Virus record (IMG/VR): IMGVR_UViG_3300042549_004948
Coordinates: 98,470-162,469 of that record
Direction: 5' to 3' (one strand)
DNA length: 64,000 nucleotides
Source: a virus
The notes under the pieces were generated by a model. It was not told the origin of the DNA. It saw only the letters and a program-made list of their open reading frames with translations, and did not search any database. Within the stretch, counting starts at the first letter, position 1. Each line of letters begins with the position of its first letter. Positions 46,372 to 57,486 of the stretch are shown piece by piece. Both the position numbers and the translations under genes were made by a program.

Positions 46372-47757
46372 TTAAAGACCTAATTCAAAAAATTTACTTG
46401 CCAGATAAGCTTTCTCGTCTTTATCCAATCCAGAATTAAAAGGTTTATTAGATCCAGTTGCAGGTGTGCCGGTATCAAATGTCAGTTCGTCATCATCTAG
46501 ACTGTCTGGATTGATTTCTATACTACCATTGTTTGTACTTATCTTGGCTGCATATGTCATTCCGTCCATACCGTATCTATTTTTCATGATATGCATACGA
46601 CCTGTTCCATTTACCTTGTCTTGTCTTTTTCTTGATAGAGACATAGCAAAGTCTGCAATCATCATCTTATTATAAGATCCGGCAGCCTTGTCTCCTTCAA
46701 TTACATCATCCTTTGCACCTGCCCTATTTACCTGAGATACTGTCCAGACAGGAACTTTAAGTTCTCTTGCCATACCTTTAGTTGCAGTATAAACATCATC
46801 AATTGCGTCTTTAGGATCTATTGATTTAGTTTTACTTTTTAACAAGTCAACATAGTCGATAATAACTAAGTCAGGAGGATATCCTAGATCTCTACATTTC
46901 TGAATATGTGATTCTATAGTATGGATTGTTGTTTTTCCCATAGGGAATTCTTTAATGATCAACTTACCTTTAACTTTAGATATTGCCTCTTCAATTGCGC
47001 CTCTATGTTTTTGTACACTCTGTACGTCAATTCCTGTAAATAGTGCGTCATAACGTTTACCAATATAATACTCAGATAGTTCTAATGTGTAGTGACAAAC
47101 AGTATATCCTCTTTGAACGGCCATGGCTCCTATATTAACTAGGATCCATGATTTACCGCCGCCAGGATTTCCGAATATAATACCAAGGTCTCCACAACCA
47201 AGGCCGCCCATGAGTAGCTCATTGATATGTGGCCATGCTGTAGGTATGGCAGATCTTTCTTCTTCACGATATCTTGTTTCAATATCCTTTTCATATTCGT
47301 GTCCAATAGATTTATCTTGACCTGCTTTTAAAGCCTGATCCATCATATACTTGATGTCATCATATTGGCCTTTCTCTAATAAAGATACTGAATTAAGGAT
47401 TGCTTTCTTAATTTGTTGATTTTTACAGAAGCTACTAAACTCTTGCTCAACATAATCACGATCTTCGTTAGAGCTCTTTAATGCTTCTTTTAATTGCTCT
47501 ACGACACTTACCTTCAATACTTCATTTTCGATCTTTCTTACCTCGACTTGTAAAGCATCAGTAGACTGCGTAGTATTGTACTTATAATAGTACCTTAATA
47601 TCTCACCAACAATCCACTTGTGTGCAGGATTGTCAAACATTTCAGTATCAAGAATATCATTGATGTTTTGTAGAAACTCTTTGTGCTTTAACAAACTAGA
47701 TAATACTTTAATCTGAAATGATATTCCGTATTGTTGTAACTGATTTAATGACGACAT
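46372..47757 (-). CDS. replicative DnaB/T4 gp41-like helicase
   Basis: Walker A GNPGGGKS, YTLEL, IIDYVDLL, TVSQVNR, KNRYG. Confidence 0.92.
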   Translation of the reverse strand: MSSLNQLQQYGISFQIKVLSSLLKHKEFLQNINDILDTEMFDNPAHKWIVGEILRYYYKYNTTQSTDALQVEVRKIENEVLKVSVVEQLKEALKSSNEDRDYVEQEFSSFCKNQQIKKAILNSVSLLEKGQYDDIKYMMDQALKAGQDKSIGHEYEKDIETRYREEERSAIPTAWPHINELLMGGLGCGDLGIIFGNPGGGKSWILVNIGAMAVQRGYTVCHYTLELSEYYIGKRYDALFTGIDVQSVQKHRGAIEEAISKVKGKLIIKEFPMGKTTIHTIESHIQKCRDLGYPPDLVIIDYVDLLKSKTKSIDPKDAIDDVYTATKGMARELKVPVWTVSQVNRAGAKDDVIEGDKAAGSYNKMMIADFAMSLSRKRQDKVNGTGRMHIMKNRYGMDGMTYAAKISTNNGSIEINPDSLDDDELTFDTGTPATGSNKPFNSGLDKDEKAYLASKFFELGL

Positions 47758-47759
47758 AA

Positions 47760-48773
47760 CTATTTATATTTTTGTAACTGATTGAAATTATTAAATAACC
47801 ACATGCTGACGTTAGAAATAGAATTTCCTAACTCATCCTCATGATATAAATCTAAGAATTCCTGTGAATTAAATGTCTTTTTTGGATCTAGTAGAACACT
47901 ATTTATTTCTTCTATGGCTTCTTCAGGAATATTAGGATTCTTTAGATCCATCAACTTTTGATTTATTCTAAGTTGAAACTCATAGTTAGAAATAGATTGG
48001 AGTATCTTCTTATTTCCATCTTTACATTTTTCAAGAATATTATCTAGAGTAATTTCTGCCTCTGAACCTAGTTCAGGAAACTCTTTAATCATAGTCTTTT
48101 CACCAAGGCCTTTTACTCCAGGCACATTATCTCCAGAGTCTCCTAACAAGATTTTTTGCGTTAAAAAGTTTTTTGCTGTTACTTTATATTCATTCAATAC
48201 TAAATCTCTGTCATAGAACTTCTTTTTAGTAGGAGAGTATACTGTTATTTTATCTGAAACTAATTGTAGATAATCTCTATCTGAAGACATGATAGTCATT
48301 TCACCATCTAATTGCCCTGCAATATATCCAATCACATCGTCTGCTTCTATTTTATCGATCGATATAAGATCTACAGGAAGAGTTTTTAGATAGAAGATTA
48401 ATCTTACAAGTTGAGATGTAATTGCTTCAGACTCGTCTTGTTGTGATTCGAATGAATCCCAGTTAGTAACTCTACTAATTCCTCTATTTGCTTTATAATC
48501 TGGATAGATATATCTTTTATTAGTTGATGAACCTTGGCCATCAAACATAATAATCACTCTAGTCGGTCTAACAAGCTTAATAATGTATCCTAAGGATCTT
48601 AAAAAGCCTGTTAAACCTCCTACGTGAGATAAATCTTTGTTAACCCAGCCTATAGCAGTAAATGCTCTTAGAAATGTGTTCAGTCCGTCTATCAATAATA
48701 CTCGACTATTAATAGACTCTTCGATTTTCTCTTCTTTGAGTGAATCGAATATTTTTTTATATTCTTCGTTCAT
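47760..48773 (-). CDS. 5'-3' exonuclease / T4 RNase H-like flap nuclease
   Basis: LIDGLN, YKANR, EADDVI, SSDRD, GDSGDNVPGVKGLG. Confidence 0.92.
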   Translation of the reverse strand: MNEEYKKIFDSLKEEKIEESINSRVLLIDGLNTFLRAFTAIGWVNKDLSHVGGLTGFLRSLGYIIKLVRPTRVIIMFDGQGSSTNKRYIYPDYKANRGISRVTNWDSFESQQDESEAITSQLVRLIFYLKTLPVDLISIDKIEADDVIGYIAGQLDGEMTIMSSDRDYLQLVSDKITVYSPTKKKFYDRDLVLNEYKVTAKNFLTQKILLGDSGDNVPGVKGLGEKTMIKEFPELGSEAEITLDNILEKCKDGNKKILQSISNYEFQLRINQKLMDLKNPNIPEEAIEEINSVLLDPKKTFNSQEFLDLYHEDELGNSISNVSMWLFNNFNQLQKYK

Positions 48774-49834
48774 TAATCTTCGGTATCAAATATATCTGGT
48801 GATAAGGCCGTTTCTTCTTCTACGATATCGAATGTATTAGATCCAAGAACTTTTGTCCATTGATCAGAATACTTCTTTTTGTAATCGTCTAACTCTTTCT
48901 TATCATCATTTATGAAACCGTGTACTGTCATAATAACTTTGTTGACAGCAGTAACTCCTGTTACGTGATTTTTATCACAACTAATTCTTGTTCTCTTAGC
49001 AAACTCAACTTCTTTACCATTTTTAGTTGCTTTGATTTTATTTGTACCAGCTCTAGCAATGTTACCAAATGTAACAACTAATGAAGAGTCAAAGTACATC
49101 GTGTTACCACCTTTATTATTTAAGGTTGGTTGACCCATAGGTGAATCAGGTTTTGCAACCCACACTTTATTTACAGCAACTAATGAATTAGTATAAGGCT
49201 GAGATGCTTTTCTTGACAGTACAACTCTTTGATTAATAAAATTACCAAACTGTTGAGACATTGCTCCTGCGTTCCACTCATTATTGTTAGTTGATTTTTC
49301 AATCGACATTCTACAAGGAATAGATCCTACAGAATCCCAGAAAAAACAAACATCATGAGGAAGAGTTCCTCTCTTTTGCTCATCTAGAATATCAGCGATA
49401 AAGCCTGCAACGTCTTCAATACAATCAAGTCTTTCACGATCGATATATAAGAAAAAGCCTTTATAATCTATAACTTCACCACTATTTGGATCTGCTACTT
49501 CTTCAAATTCAAAACCCATTTCTCGAGCGTGTTTCCAATCCCATTTCATTTCTGTAATAATAAACACAGGAAGAACTCCCATTTTTTGTGCGCTTACTGC
49601 AGCTTCAAGAAGTGCTGTAGTTTTACCTGTATCAGAGTGTCCTCTTAACAATGTAATATGGCCAATAGGAATACCTGGGATTTGAAGCGTATCTTGAAAT
49701 GCTTGAGAAAGTGGTATCCACCTTTGCTCTTTAAAAACTACTCCAGAAGAAAGGTTTTTACCCTTCTTAAATTTTTCTAAATCTACTGTGCCTTTTATTG
49801 CGCTAGACACGGCGCTATTAAGTGATTTTGCCAT
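48773..49834 (-). CDS. uvsX: RecA/UvsX recombinase
   Basis: GIPIGHI, GHSDTGKT, WDSVGS, KGG. Confidence 0.85.
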   Translation of the reverse strand: MAKSLNSAVSSAIKGTVDLEKFKKGKNLSSGVVFKEQRWIPLSQAFQDTLQIPGIPIGHITLLRGHSDTGKTTALLEAAVSAQKMGVLPVFIITEMKWDWKHAREMGFEFEEVADPNSGEVIDYKGFFLYIDRERLDCIEDVAGFIADILDEQKRGTLPHDVCFFWDSVGSIPCRMSIEKSTNNNEWNAGAMSQQFGNFINQRVVLSRKASQPYTNSLVAVNKVWVAKPDSPMGQPTLNNKGGNTMYFDSSLVVTFGNIARAGTNKIKATKNGKEVEFAKRTRISCDKNHVTGVTAVNKVIMTVHGFINDDKKELDDYKKKYSDQWTKVLGSNTFDIVEEETALSPDIFDTED

Positions 49835-49850
49835 ACAAAACTATTAGGTT

Positions 49851-49874
49851 AAAAAACCCCAACCGAAGTTGGGG
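49851..49874 (-). terminator. UUCG intrinsic terminator
   Basis: CCCCAAC-TTCG-GTTGGGG-TTTTTT. Confidence 0.85.
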
Positions 49875-49882
49875 AATTTATG

Positions 49883-50686
49883 TTAGATATCAAATAAGCT
49901 GTCAATTTCTGAGTCTACACTTGCTTTTGTAGTATTCAGACTGTATCCTTGTTTAGGGGCAGATTGTTCCCAAGGAAGATCAGATTTTGTTTGCACTACA
50001 TCTGCTTGTTCTTTAATGTCCTCTTCAGGATTTAGATGCTTGAGAAGTGCCTCTTTCATTTCATCGTAAGAATACCTCTTGAATTGAGTTAGAGGATCTG
50101 GCTGGGTTTCAAGCCATAATTTAACTTTTGTAGCATCTTCTGATAAAGGAGTAGCCTTTGTTCTAACTCTTACGGTAGATGTATTATACATCAAACCTGT
50201 GGTTTCTTTACCAGCAGTTTCGACTGTAATGTCACGACCAGTAATAGGATCAGTGTAATCTCCTACGTCCTCATCTTCAGCAATGCTTAACAAGTCCATG
50301 TAAACTTGCTTACCAAATTCCCAAAGGCGAACACCTTTGTCTTCTTCTCCACGAACAATGACTGGAGCGAAAACTCTCATCTTTGGTTCAAGCTTCTTAG
50401 CTAACTGCCAATTGTCTTTTTCACTTGACTTTCTCAAGCCTTGTGCAAATTCAACAATAGGATCTTTTTCGTTAAAATTAGTCAAGCCCATCATGGTTCT
50501 GTTGTTGATACCATAATGCATGTAGACTTCTTTAAACGGGTTTGATTTGTTAAACACAGAAGGTACAATACGTACTGAGTGTTTACCCACGGTTGGCCTC
50601 CAAATAGTTTGGCTTAGGTCTTTCTTCTGTCCTCCACGTGGATTTTGTAGAGCCGACAGTCTCGATTTTAAAACAGATATATCCAT
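49883..50686 (-). CDS. T4 gp32-like single-stranded DNA-binding protein
   Basis: VRIVP, DPIVE, GVRLWEFGK, DPITGRD, acidic tail IDSLFDI. Confidence 0.85.
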   Translation of the reverse strand: MDISVLKSRLSALQNPRGGQKKDLSQTIWRPTVGKHSVRIVPSVFNKSNPFKEVYMHYGINNRTMMGLTNFNEKDPIVEFAQGLRKSSEKDNWQLAKKLEPKMRVFAPVIVRGEEDKGVRLWEFGKQVYMDLLSIAEDEDVGDYTDPITGRDITVETAGKETTGLMYNTSTVRVRTKATPLSEDATKVKLWLETQPDPLTQFKRYSYDEMKEALLKHLNPEEDIKEQADVVQTKSDLPWEQSAPKQGYSLNTTKASVDSEIDSLFDI

Positions 50687-50748
50687 AATGTAACTAATTT
50701 GAATAAATGTAAGACAAACAAAAGATAGAGAAAAATCGTTCTCTAAAG

Positions 50749-51183
50749 TTACACGGCGACTATCTTATGGATAGTTGTGTTTAATCTTCTTAAGTCGTCT
50801 CCTTGAGTCAATAGAACACTATTCTTATAGTCGTTCCAATTGATAATGTAAGAAGTATCTAGGACTCCTCCATTTAGACTCTTGATCAAAGTATTGAGAG
50901 CATTGATTGTATACAGGGTATTTGACTCCTTTTTTCTGTGGAGTAGGATCGTATTTGGAAGGATCTTAGTAGGGCCTCCCTCAATCTCTATATTATATGT
51001 ACAAAGGAACTCTTCAGAATCTTTAGACTCCAAAACAAATATCTTTTTATATAAAATTGTATACTCTCTATTTATTTCCCTAAGGGTATCATCTAATCTA
51101 TCCTTAGGCGAGAACGTACAGAATAATTTATTCATAATCAACTCTGCTGTTATTTCTGTTATTTTTTCACTCAACATAACCAT
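50749..51183 (-). CDS. conserved hypothetical phage protein
   Basis: LFCTF...HRKKESNTLYTINALN; replication-module context. Confidence 0.7.
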   Translation of the reverse strand: MVMLSEKITEITAELIMNKLFCTFSPKDRLDDTLREINREYTILYKKIFVLESKDSEEFLCTYNIEIEGGPTKILPNTILLHRKKESNTLYTINALNTLIKSLNGGVLDTSYIINWNDYKNSVLLTQGDDLRRLNTTIHKIVAV

Positions 51184-51213
51184 TTTTTACTATTTATAAA
51201 TATTGTCATAATA

Positions 51214-52509
51214 CTAGAAAGCATAATTAATGCCGTATTTGTGTTTTACTACCATATTATCGCCTTCTAGAATGTCTTTTATCTTTTTTAAAAGTGTTTT
51301 ACCATCCTCTTGAGAAAAGTCAAATAAGAAGGAGTCGTAGGTAATTAGGATTAGCTTAGTCTTCTTCTTACTAAGAAGTTTATTAACCTCTATGATCTTG
51401 TATATATTTTCTTTGGTCTCTAGGTTCTGGATTATATAGTTAAACAACTTTAGCTTATTCATGCCTGGAAGCTTCTTCAAGATCCTACCGGTCGGAAGTA
51501 TCAAGGCTTTGTGAGCATTATACTTCTTCCACTCTTGTTCTATGAACTGGTTTAGTGACTTAAAGAACTCTATATCCTCGTATTTCTTTTCTATCCCGCC
51601 GTAGAGCTGCTTAAAGGTAATGGCCTTTGATTCTTTATACTGCTCAGGTGTAAGCTCGTCTACGTGGAAGTACGCGCGTCCTAGATAGTTGTGCATTGAC
51701 TCTTTTGGCGGATCAAAACCTATCAACCTAGATATTAGTCTTAGGTGGTAAGCATCGAAGTCAAATTCTACTAAGAAGTCATTTTTAGGGATGAAACACT
51801 TCCTAAAGTCTTGATCTTTAGGTATTGCTAAAAAGTTAACTCCATTAAAAGAGTTAGTAGGCCTTCCAGTCAAATTATAAAGATTGTAGTATGAATAAAT
51901 AGTGTCTCCTAATAGAGAGTATTCTTTATTATGAAATTGGAATTTATCTCCAAAACATTTGAGATCTATCTTTATCCCGGCCTCTTCTACTTTCTTATAT
52001 GCTTCTACTAACTTTTCTTGGAGTTCTATATCCATCTCAAGTTCAAAGTAGTCTTTGACTAGTTGATACAAGCACTCACATCTTTCATAGTGTTTTGAGA
52101 TAGGTATTATCTCATTAACAGTAGGAAGCACATTATACTTGATATAAAAGTCTTTATGGACTGGTGTGTTACATTCGAAAGAACTATACTCGTTATTTTT
52201 ATCTAGACAGATGAACTGTACATCAATAGAGTTAGGCAAATCTATAAAATAAGAATGAAGCTTTTTATCCAAGAGATAAATCTTATCGTGCTTTTGTAAG
52301 AAGGCTTCAATTAATTTAAGATCTAGACTAAATCCTTCAGAGTGGTTAACTACAAAGACATAACCCTTTTTAGAGTTATTATAGTAGATCAAACTTACTC
52401 TAGCTAACTTAGGATGGTAATAATCGTTAGAAGTGACTATTTGTATAAAAGCCTGGTCAGAGACTTCTAAACGATCTAATTGCTCTTTATCTTCAATAAT
52501 GAAATACAT
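51214..52509 (-). CDS. second, reduced family-A polymerase-like protein
   Basis: TGRPTN, EFDFDAYHLRL (motif A), SKAITFKQLYG (motif B), ITYDSFLFD (motif C). Confidence 0.75.
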   Translation of the reverse strand: MYFIIEDKEQLDRLEVSDQAFIQIVTSNDYYHPKLARVSLIYYNNSKKGYVFVVNHSEGFSLDLKLIEAFLQKHDKIYLLDKKLHSYFIDLPNSIDVQFICLDKNNEYSSFECNTPVHKDFYIKYNVLPTVNEIIPISKHYERCECLYQLVKDYFELEMDIELQEKLVEAYKKVEEAGIKIDLKCFGDKFQFHNKEYSLLGDTIYSYYNLYNLTGRPTNSFNGVNFLAIPKDQDFRKCFIPKNDFLVEFDFDAYHLRLISRLIGFDPPKESMHNYLGRAYFHVDELTPEQYKESKAITFKQLYGGIEKKYEDIEFFKSLNQFIEQEWKKYNAHKALILPTGRILKKLPGMNKLKLFNYIIQNLETKENIYKIIEVNKLLSKKKTKLILITYDSFLFDFSQEDGKTLLKKIKDILEGDNMVVKHKYGINYAF

Positions 52510-52563
52510 AACCTTTTATTAGTATGTAATATAACAAATAAATTGTTATAAAATGAAGTTATT

Positions 52564-53190
52564 CTACATAGTAGGTCTTGCGAACTTTGAATATTCGCCA
52601 TTAATAAAATCAACTATGCCTAAAAAAGTTTTATTAGCAGACTCTGTCAATCTTTTATTTGTGTCTATAATACCTGGAATGACATTATATTGTGACATTC
52701 TAGTACTATTCAAAGGGCCTGTTAACTTCCAAAGTATAGTAGTGGTTTGGTATATTGTTATATCATAGTCTGCAGTACCATTTATTATGGTATTATATTC
52801 GTCTTGGCTGATTTCTGTTATAAAACCTTTCTCATTTTCTTTTTTAGTGAAGTATCTTATTACATATCCTTTTTTATAATCTTGATCAGTTGGTTGAGGA
52901 TAGTATGCGTTAGGTTTTCCAGAAACTCTATTAATTACATTTGTTTTATTTGTTAATTCTTTTTTACTAGCGTTAGAAAGATTTAGTGCGTCTAAGCCAG
53001 GTGCAGATTCAATTGCAGTAATTTTAGTTAGAAGATTACTAGGTCCAACTTCAGGACTAGGTCCAGAAAATGCACGGCCATCATAAGTTAAATAGTATTT
53101 TCCTACATAGGGTTTATCATTAAGCAAGAACTCTTGCCCAATACTATTTAGATTATTTATTATTTTAAATGATGGATAGTATCTTAACAT
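52564..53190 (-). CDS. hypothetical protein, probably baseplate-associated
   Basis: Last gene of the tail operon; PYVGKYY, YYPQPT..DY..G. Confidence 0.6.
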   Translation of the reverse strand: MLRYYPSFKIINNLNSIGQEFLLNDKPYVGKYYLTYDGRAFSGPSPEVGPSNLLTKITAIESAPGLDALNLSNASKKELTNKTNVINRVSGKPNAYYPQPTDQDYKKGYVIRYFTKKENEKGFITEISQDEYNTIINGTADYDITIYQTTTILWKLTGPLNSTRMSQYNVIPGIIDTNKRLTESANKTFLGIVDFINGEYSKFARPTM

Positions 53191-53194
53191 AGTT

Positions 53195-56100
53195 CTAAGA
53201 TAAATATAGTGTTGCTTCTTCTTTTCTTCTTGTTTCCAATGCTTTTATATAACCGCTTACTTTTCCTGTTTTAGGTCCTAGAGTTATGGCAGATGCGACA
53301 GCGGTAGATCCTGTATTTGATTTTATTGCAGTTACTACTGATTCAGTCAGGCTTCCTGCATTATATGTAAAGCTTACTAGCGATGCTTTTTGTTTATCAT
53401 TTAAACTGTTCCAGTTTTGTTGTCCTATTTGAAAAATAACTCTTGGTGCAAAAGTTGTTTTTATTTGATATACTAAAGTTCTTTTAGCATCTTCTCTACT
53501 AAATACAGTGTCAGATCCTACATTTTTAATTGTTCCGTCTGCTAATACAATCTTGTCTGTACCATAACCAGCTCTTAATGTACCTTCATCTGGTCTTGGT
53601 CTCTCTAAAAATCCTTCTTTTTTAGATATGAAATCAAAAGCTATTTGTTCCCAAATCTCATTAATATTGAGATTGGCTATAGACGTTTGACCTGCAGGAG
53701 TTGATGGATTATTTTGATTTTCTGTAAATACACCAGCTCTATTATCTGTTTGAACTACACTTCCTGAAAACTCTGTTTTATCTTTCAAGAAAATCATATT
53801 AGCTCTTACATTAGTAGTCCACTGATTATTCTCTAATGTATGTCCTAATCCTACAACAACAAATCCAACTTTATTAATATGATCTTGTTGTAAGCCTTTC
53901 TCTCCTGGAACTACTCTTGCATTATAAGTATAAGGAAGCAGTTCATCAGGAATAGTAAAAGCTTGGCCCATTAAAAATCCAGAAATACCATCGGTACTAA
54001 AATTAACTGATACTGGTATCATAGCAGACGCTCTAGTAGGATACTCGTCATTTTTAATTTTAGTCATTTTATCTATAAAATAATTTGTTGCATGATCAAC
54101 ACTTGTTTCTGATGGATTTATCTTACTATAAAAATCAGAAATAGTTTGATTAAATTGAACAGCTGAATTTATAATAGAATCAAGATTAACATCTGCTTTA
54201 CTTCCGGTATTTGTATTTTGAACTTCTAATCTATTAACAATGTATCTATCTTGATAACTTGTATTAATATATCCATAATTGTCTCCATTTTTAGATAGAG
54301 ATGCTTTTGATCCAACGTCTGCATTAGCAGATATAGCTAGTGTATTTGATAATTTACTAGATATGTCTGATTTTATATCTAGAGTCTTAGCTATAGAATA
54401 TTTACCAATTAAAGGAAGTTCTGTAGTATTAGATCTAGATAAAATAGTTCCTGTCGTTTTAACATCGTTAGGTCCAATTTGATCTTCTTCATCTTTAACA
54501 GGAATAAATTGATCATCTATAATTTGAAGAGTATTTCCTTTATCATTATAAGAAAGTCTAAATACATTTATTTTTCCAAGATATTTGTTAACATCAGTTA
54601 ATATTTGCTCTATAAATTCTTTTAGATAAATACTATTAGTGCCATCTTTATAGCTAAAGTCTTTTATTATTTTTATTAAATAATCTACATTAAGTAAAAT
54701 ATTCATCATTTTACCTCTATAGATATTATTATCAGTTCCATCAAATTTTATCCGAGGAATTTGTCCAGTCAAAACATCTTGAGTTGCTGGATTAAATAAA
54801 GGTATGACTTCTTGACTTCCACTAGGAGGCTTTATATTATCTCCATTTAAAATACTAGGATCAAATAATTTTTTATAATCATTAAAACTTCCTTCAAAAC
54901 GAATTAATGTAACCCAAGGATTGGTGCTAAGTTGTTTTGTATTACTTAAAAAATAATTATGAGCTGTGTTGAAATCTATGTATACTAAAGGAGTTTGAGT
55001 TTTGTCTGCCTCTTTAGAATCATATATAGTACAACAGTGATTTAATACCATCAGCAATAATCCTAGAGGGATATATACAGGGTGATTAGTAGACGTTCCT
55101 TTAATTATTTCCTGATTAATTTGATAAGGTACAACAAATGCTTTTAATAGAGAATCAAAATCACAAGCTTGTAGTGTATTAATATCTGCAGAATTACCCA
55201 TTAAACTACTCGCAAATCCATACTTAGATTGTATTTTTAATCTTTGTAAACGATTTAATGCTTTTATATTATCATTATATCCAGTATTTTCAATTTGTTC
55301 TGGTACTATCAATTCATTTATAAAATCACTAAATATGCCATTAGAAAATATTTGATTTAAAAATATTTTTTCATTGGCATCTGTCATTTTTAAAGCAAAA
55401 ACAGATTTTCCTATGTCTAAGTTTCCTGTTAAAGTTATAGCTCTATTAAGAGCATGGAGTTGTATAGCCCTTAAAGTGAGTTCTAGAGCTGATTGGGAAT
55501 TTAAAGCTTCTGATATTTGTGTTTCAAGAGCTTTTTGTTGTATTGCTTGATCTTCTTTAGAAGTTGTTTGTGTTTGGTTTTGATCTACTATTCTTTTTTG
55601 AGTTGCTAAATAATCTGGTGAATTGTTTCCTTTAGCTATAGCAGATATCAGATCTGTGTCTGTTAATTTAATTTGTACGGTTACAGGAATTGATACTGTA
55701 CCTTGTTGTGTAACAGTTATAGTTCTTTCTGTAGTAAAGTTTTCTACTAAAACAGTTCCAGGAACAACTACATCTATAGTAGTTGCTAAAGTTACAACAG
55801 GATAAAAATTTATGCCGTTTAAATTTGTAGAATTTGTATCTGAGGAAACTGTTGAAAACGGTTTTGATGTTACTGCAAATTCTGTAGTTTCATTTACATT
55901 TCTTGCTTCAAATGCTATTTCTGTAAATTCTATATTGTCAGATGATTTTAACTGTTTAATAGCTGTTTCATAAACAAGTTGTTGATTTATTATTTCTTTT
56001 TTATAATTAGGATTATTCCTACCAAATTCAGTTATTATAGAAGCATAATATGTTTTTTTATTTTGCCCTAAATAATTTATATTAACTTTTATTTGTTGTG

Positions 56101-57484
56101 TATTACTAGGATTAGTCCTATCAAAAAACATCTTAGTTTCTAAATCAAGAGAAGCTAAAGAACTTTGTATTTGTTGTTGAACATTACCTATTTGATTTTG
56201 CGTATTTTGATTAACTGGCGATGTTATAGCCGCTTGATTAGAATTTGCAGGTCTATAATACTCTGTTAATTTTTCAAATAAGTGTTTTGTATCTATAGTT
56301 ATAGAAGATACTAATTGATTTATATTTTTAGTAGGTATAACGGCTCCTAAAGTAGGAAAAAATAAAGACTTTCCTCTATCGAATTTTATATCATATAAAA
56401 AATCATATTCATTAATATTAGTAGTTTTTGAACCAATATATGCAGCCTGATTTACTATGTTTTGTAATTCTGATTGGTTAGGATCTTTATCTTTTCCGTT
56501 AATTTGTTTATTAAGATCTCTTAATATAGAAACTCTTTTAGAATCTTCTAATTCTTGTTTTGCTAATTCTTCTTGTCTTTGTTTTTGTAAAAGAGCCGCT
56601 TGTTCTGCATTAGAAATTTCAATTAGCGTGTTACTTAAAATTCTAATCTCTTCTTGCACGATACCAGGTAAAGTTCCTACGTTATTAATCTTTAATGAGT
56701 CTGCTAAAACACCTAGCGCCATCAATCTTAATTGACAATCAAAGCCACCATCTTGAGTATATGTAAATGAAAAATTAGTAACTATGCCAAGCATTCCATC
56801 ATAATTGCCTTCAGACTGTCTAGAGTTTTTAGCTACTTGTATGTATATCTCTTCTTTAGATAAATCTGCTTGAAATGGGTCTACGCTATATAATTCACTA
56901 GATTGTATTCTATTTGGATCTTCAGAACTATAAAATGCCGTATTTCCCCATTCTAAAAACATTGTGAAGCCTAATTTAAAATACAGCGCATCCATAATAT
57001 CAAGCTGCGCTTTATCCCAACATTTAAAATTAATTGTAGCAGATCTAACAGAACCTAAGCGGCCTTGTGTTTCAATAGCTACATTTGTGATACCTGGCAT
57101 TGGCTTATAGCCATATCTTTGTATTTCATCTTTTCCTAATGTGCCATAAGCACCGCCTGCACCAATACCAGATCTTAATTGATAAGAATTTTTGTCTAGG
57201 TATTTTGATGTTCCTCCAAAGAGTACAAACTGTTTTGCTAAATCAGATTTGCTAGTTATAGAATCTCCAACTATCCTGTTAAAATAATTTAAGTCAGATT
57301 GATTAACTAAATCTATAGAAGATACTAATCTTACCCATGCTGATTTATTTGTAAGGTATAAGATGTTACTATTATCTCTTGAATCTCTTGCCCCATTTAT
57401 AGATCTAGTTTGAATTTGGCTTAATAGCCATTGAGGAAGCTTAGTTCCTATAATATTAGATATTTTGTTGTCTAGACCTGCCAT
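53195..57484 (-). CDS. baseplate hub-like protein with C-terminal GH24-type lysozyme domain
   Basis: 1429 aa; PMPGIT, LEWG; C-terminal FISKKEGF...AGYGT, LVSFTYNAG, RRKEEA. Confidence 0.7.
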   Translation of the reverse strand: MAGLDNKISNIIGTKLPQWLLSQIQTRSINGARDSRDNSNILYLTNKSAWVRLVSSIDLVNQSDLNYFNRIVGDSITSKSDLAKQFVLFGGTSKYLDKNSYQLRSGIGAGGAYGTLGKDEIQRYGYKPMPGITNVAIETQGRLGSVRSATINFKCWDKAQLDIMDALYFKLGFTMFLEWGNTAFYSSEDPNRIQSSELYSVDPFQADLSKEEIYIQVAKNSRQSEGNYDGMLGIVTNFSFTYTQDGGFDCQLRLMALGVLADSLKINNVGTLPGIVQEEIRILSNTLIEISNAEQAALLQKQRQEELAKQELEDSKRVSILRDLNKQINGKDKDPNQSELQNIVNQAAYIGSKTTNINEYDFLYDIKFDRGKSLFFPTLGAVIPTKNINQLVSSITIDTKHLFEKLTEYYRPANSNQAAITSPVNQNTQNQIGNVQQQIQSSLASLDLETKMFFDRTNPSNTQQIKVNINYLGQNKKTYYASIITEFGRNNPNYKKEIINQQLVYETAIKQLKSSDNIEFTEIAFEARNVNETTEFAVTSKPFSTVSSDTNSTNLNGINFYPVVTLATTIDVVVPGTVLVENFTTERTITVTQQGTVSIPVTVQIKLTDTDLISAIAKGNNSPDYLATQKRIVDQNQTQTTSKEDQAIQQKALETQISEALNSQSALELTLRAIQLHALNRAITLTGNLDIGKSVFALKMTDANEKIFLNQIFSNGIFSDFINELIVPEQIENTGYNDNIKALNRLQRLKIQSKYGFASSLMGNSADINTLQACDFDSLLKAFVVPYQINQEIIKGTSTNHPVYIPLGLLLMVLNHCCTIYDSKEADKTQTPLVYIDFNTAHNYFLSNTKQLSTNPWVTLIRFEGSFNDYKKLFDPSILNGDNIKPPSGSQEVIPLFNPATQDVLTGQIPRIKFDGTDNNIYRGKMMNILLNVDYLIKIIKDFSYKDGTNSIYLKEFIEQILTDVNKYLGKINVFRLSYNDKGNTLQIIDDQFIPVKDEEDQIGPNDVKTTGTILSRSNTTELPLIGKYSIAKTLDIKSDISSKLSNTLAISANADVGSKASLSKNGDNYGYINTSYQDRYIVNRLEVQNTNTGSKADVNLDSIINSAVQFNQTISDFYSKINPSETSVDHATNYFIDKMTKIKNDEYPTRASAMIPVSVNFSTDGISGFLMGQAFTIPDELLPYTYNARVVPGEKGLQQDHINKVGFVVVGLGHTLENNQWTTNVRANMIFLKDKTEFSGSVVQTDNRAGVFTENQNNPSTPAGQTSIANLNINEIWEQIAFDFISKKEGFLERPRPDEGTLRAGYGTDKIVLADGTIKNVGSDTVFSREDAKRTLVYQIKTTFAPRVIFQIGQQNWNSLNDKQKASLVSFTYNAGSLTESVVTAIKSNTGSTAVASAITLGPKTGKVSGYIKALETRRKEEATLYLS

Positions 57485-57486
57485 AA

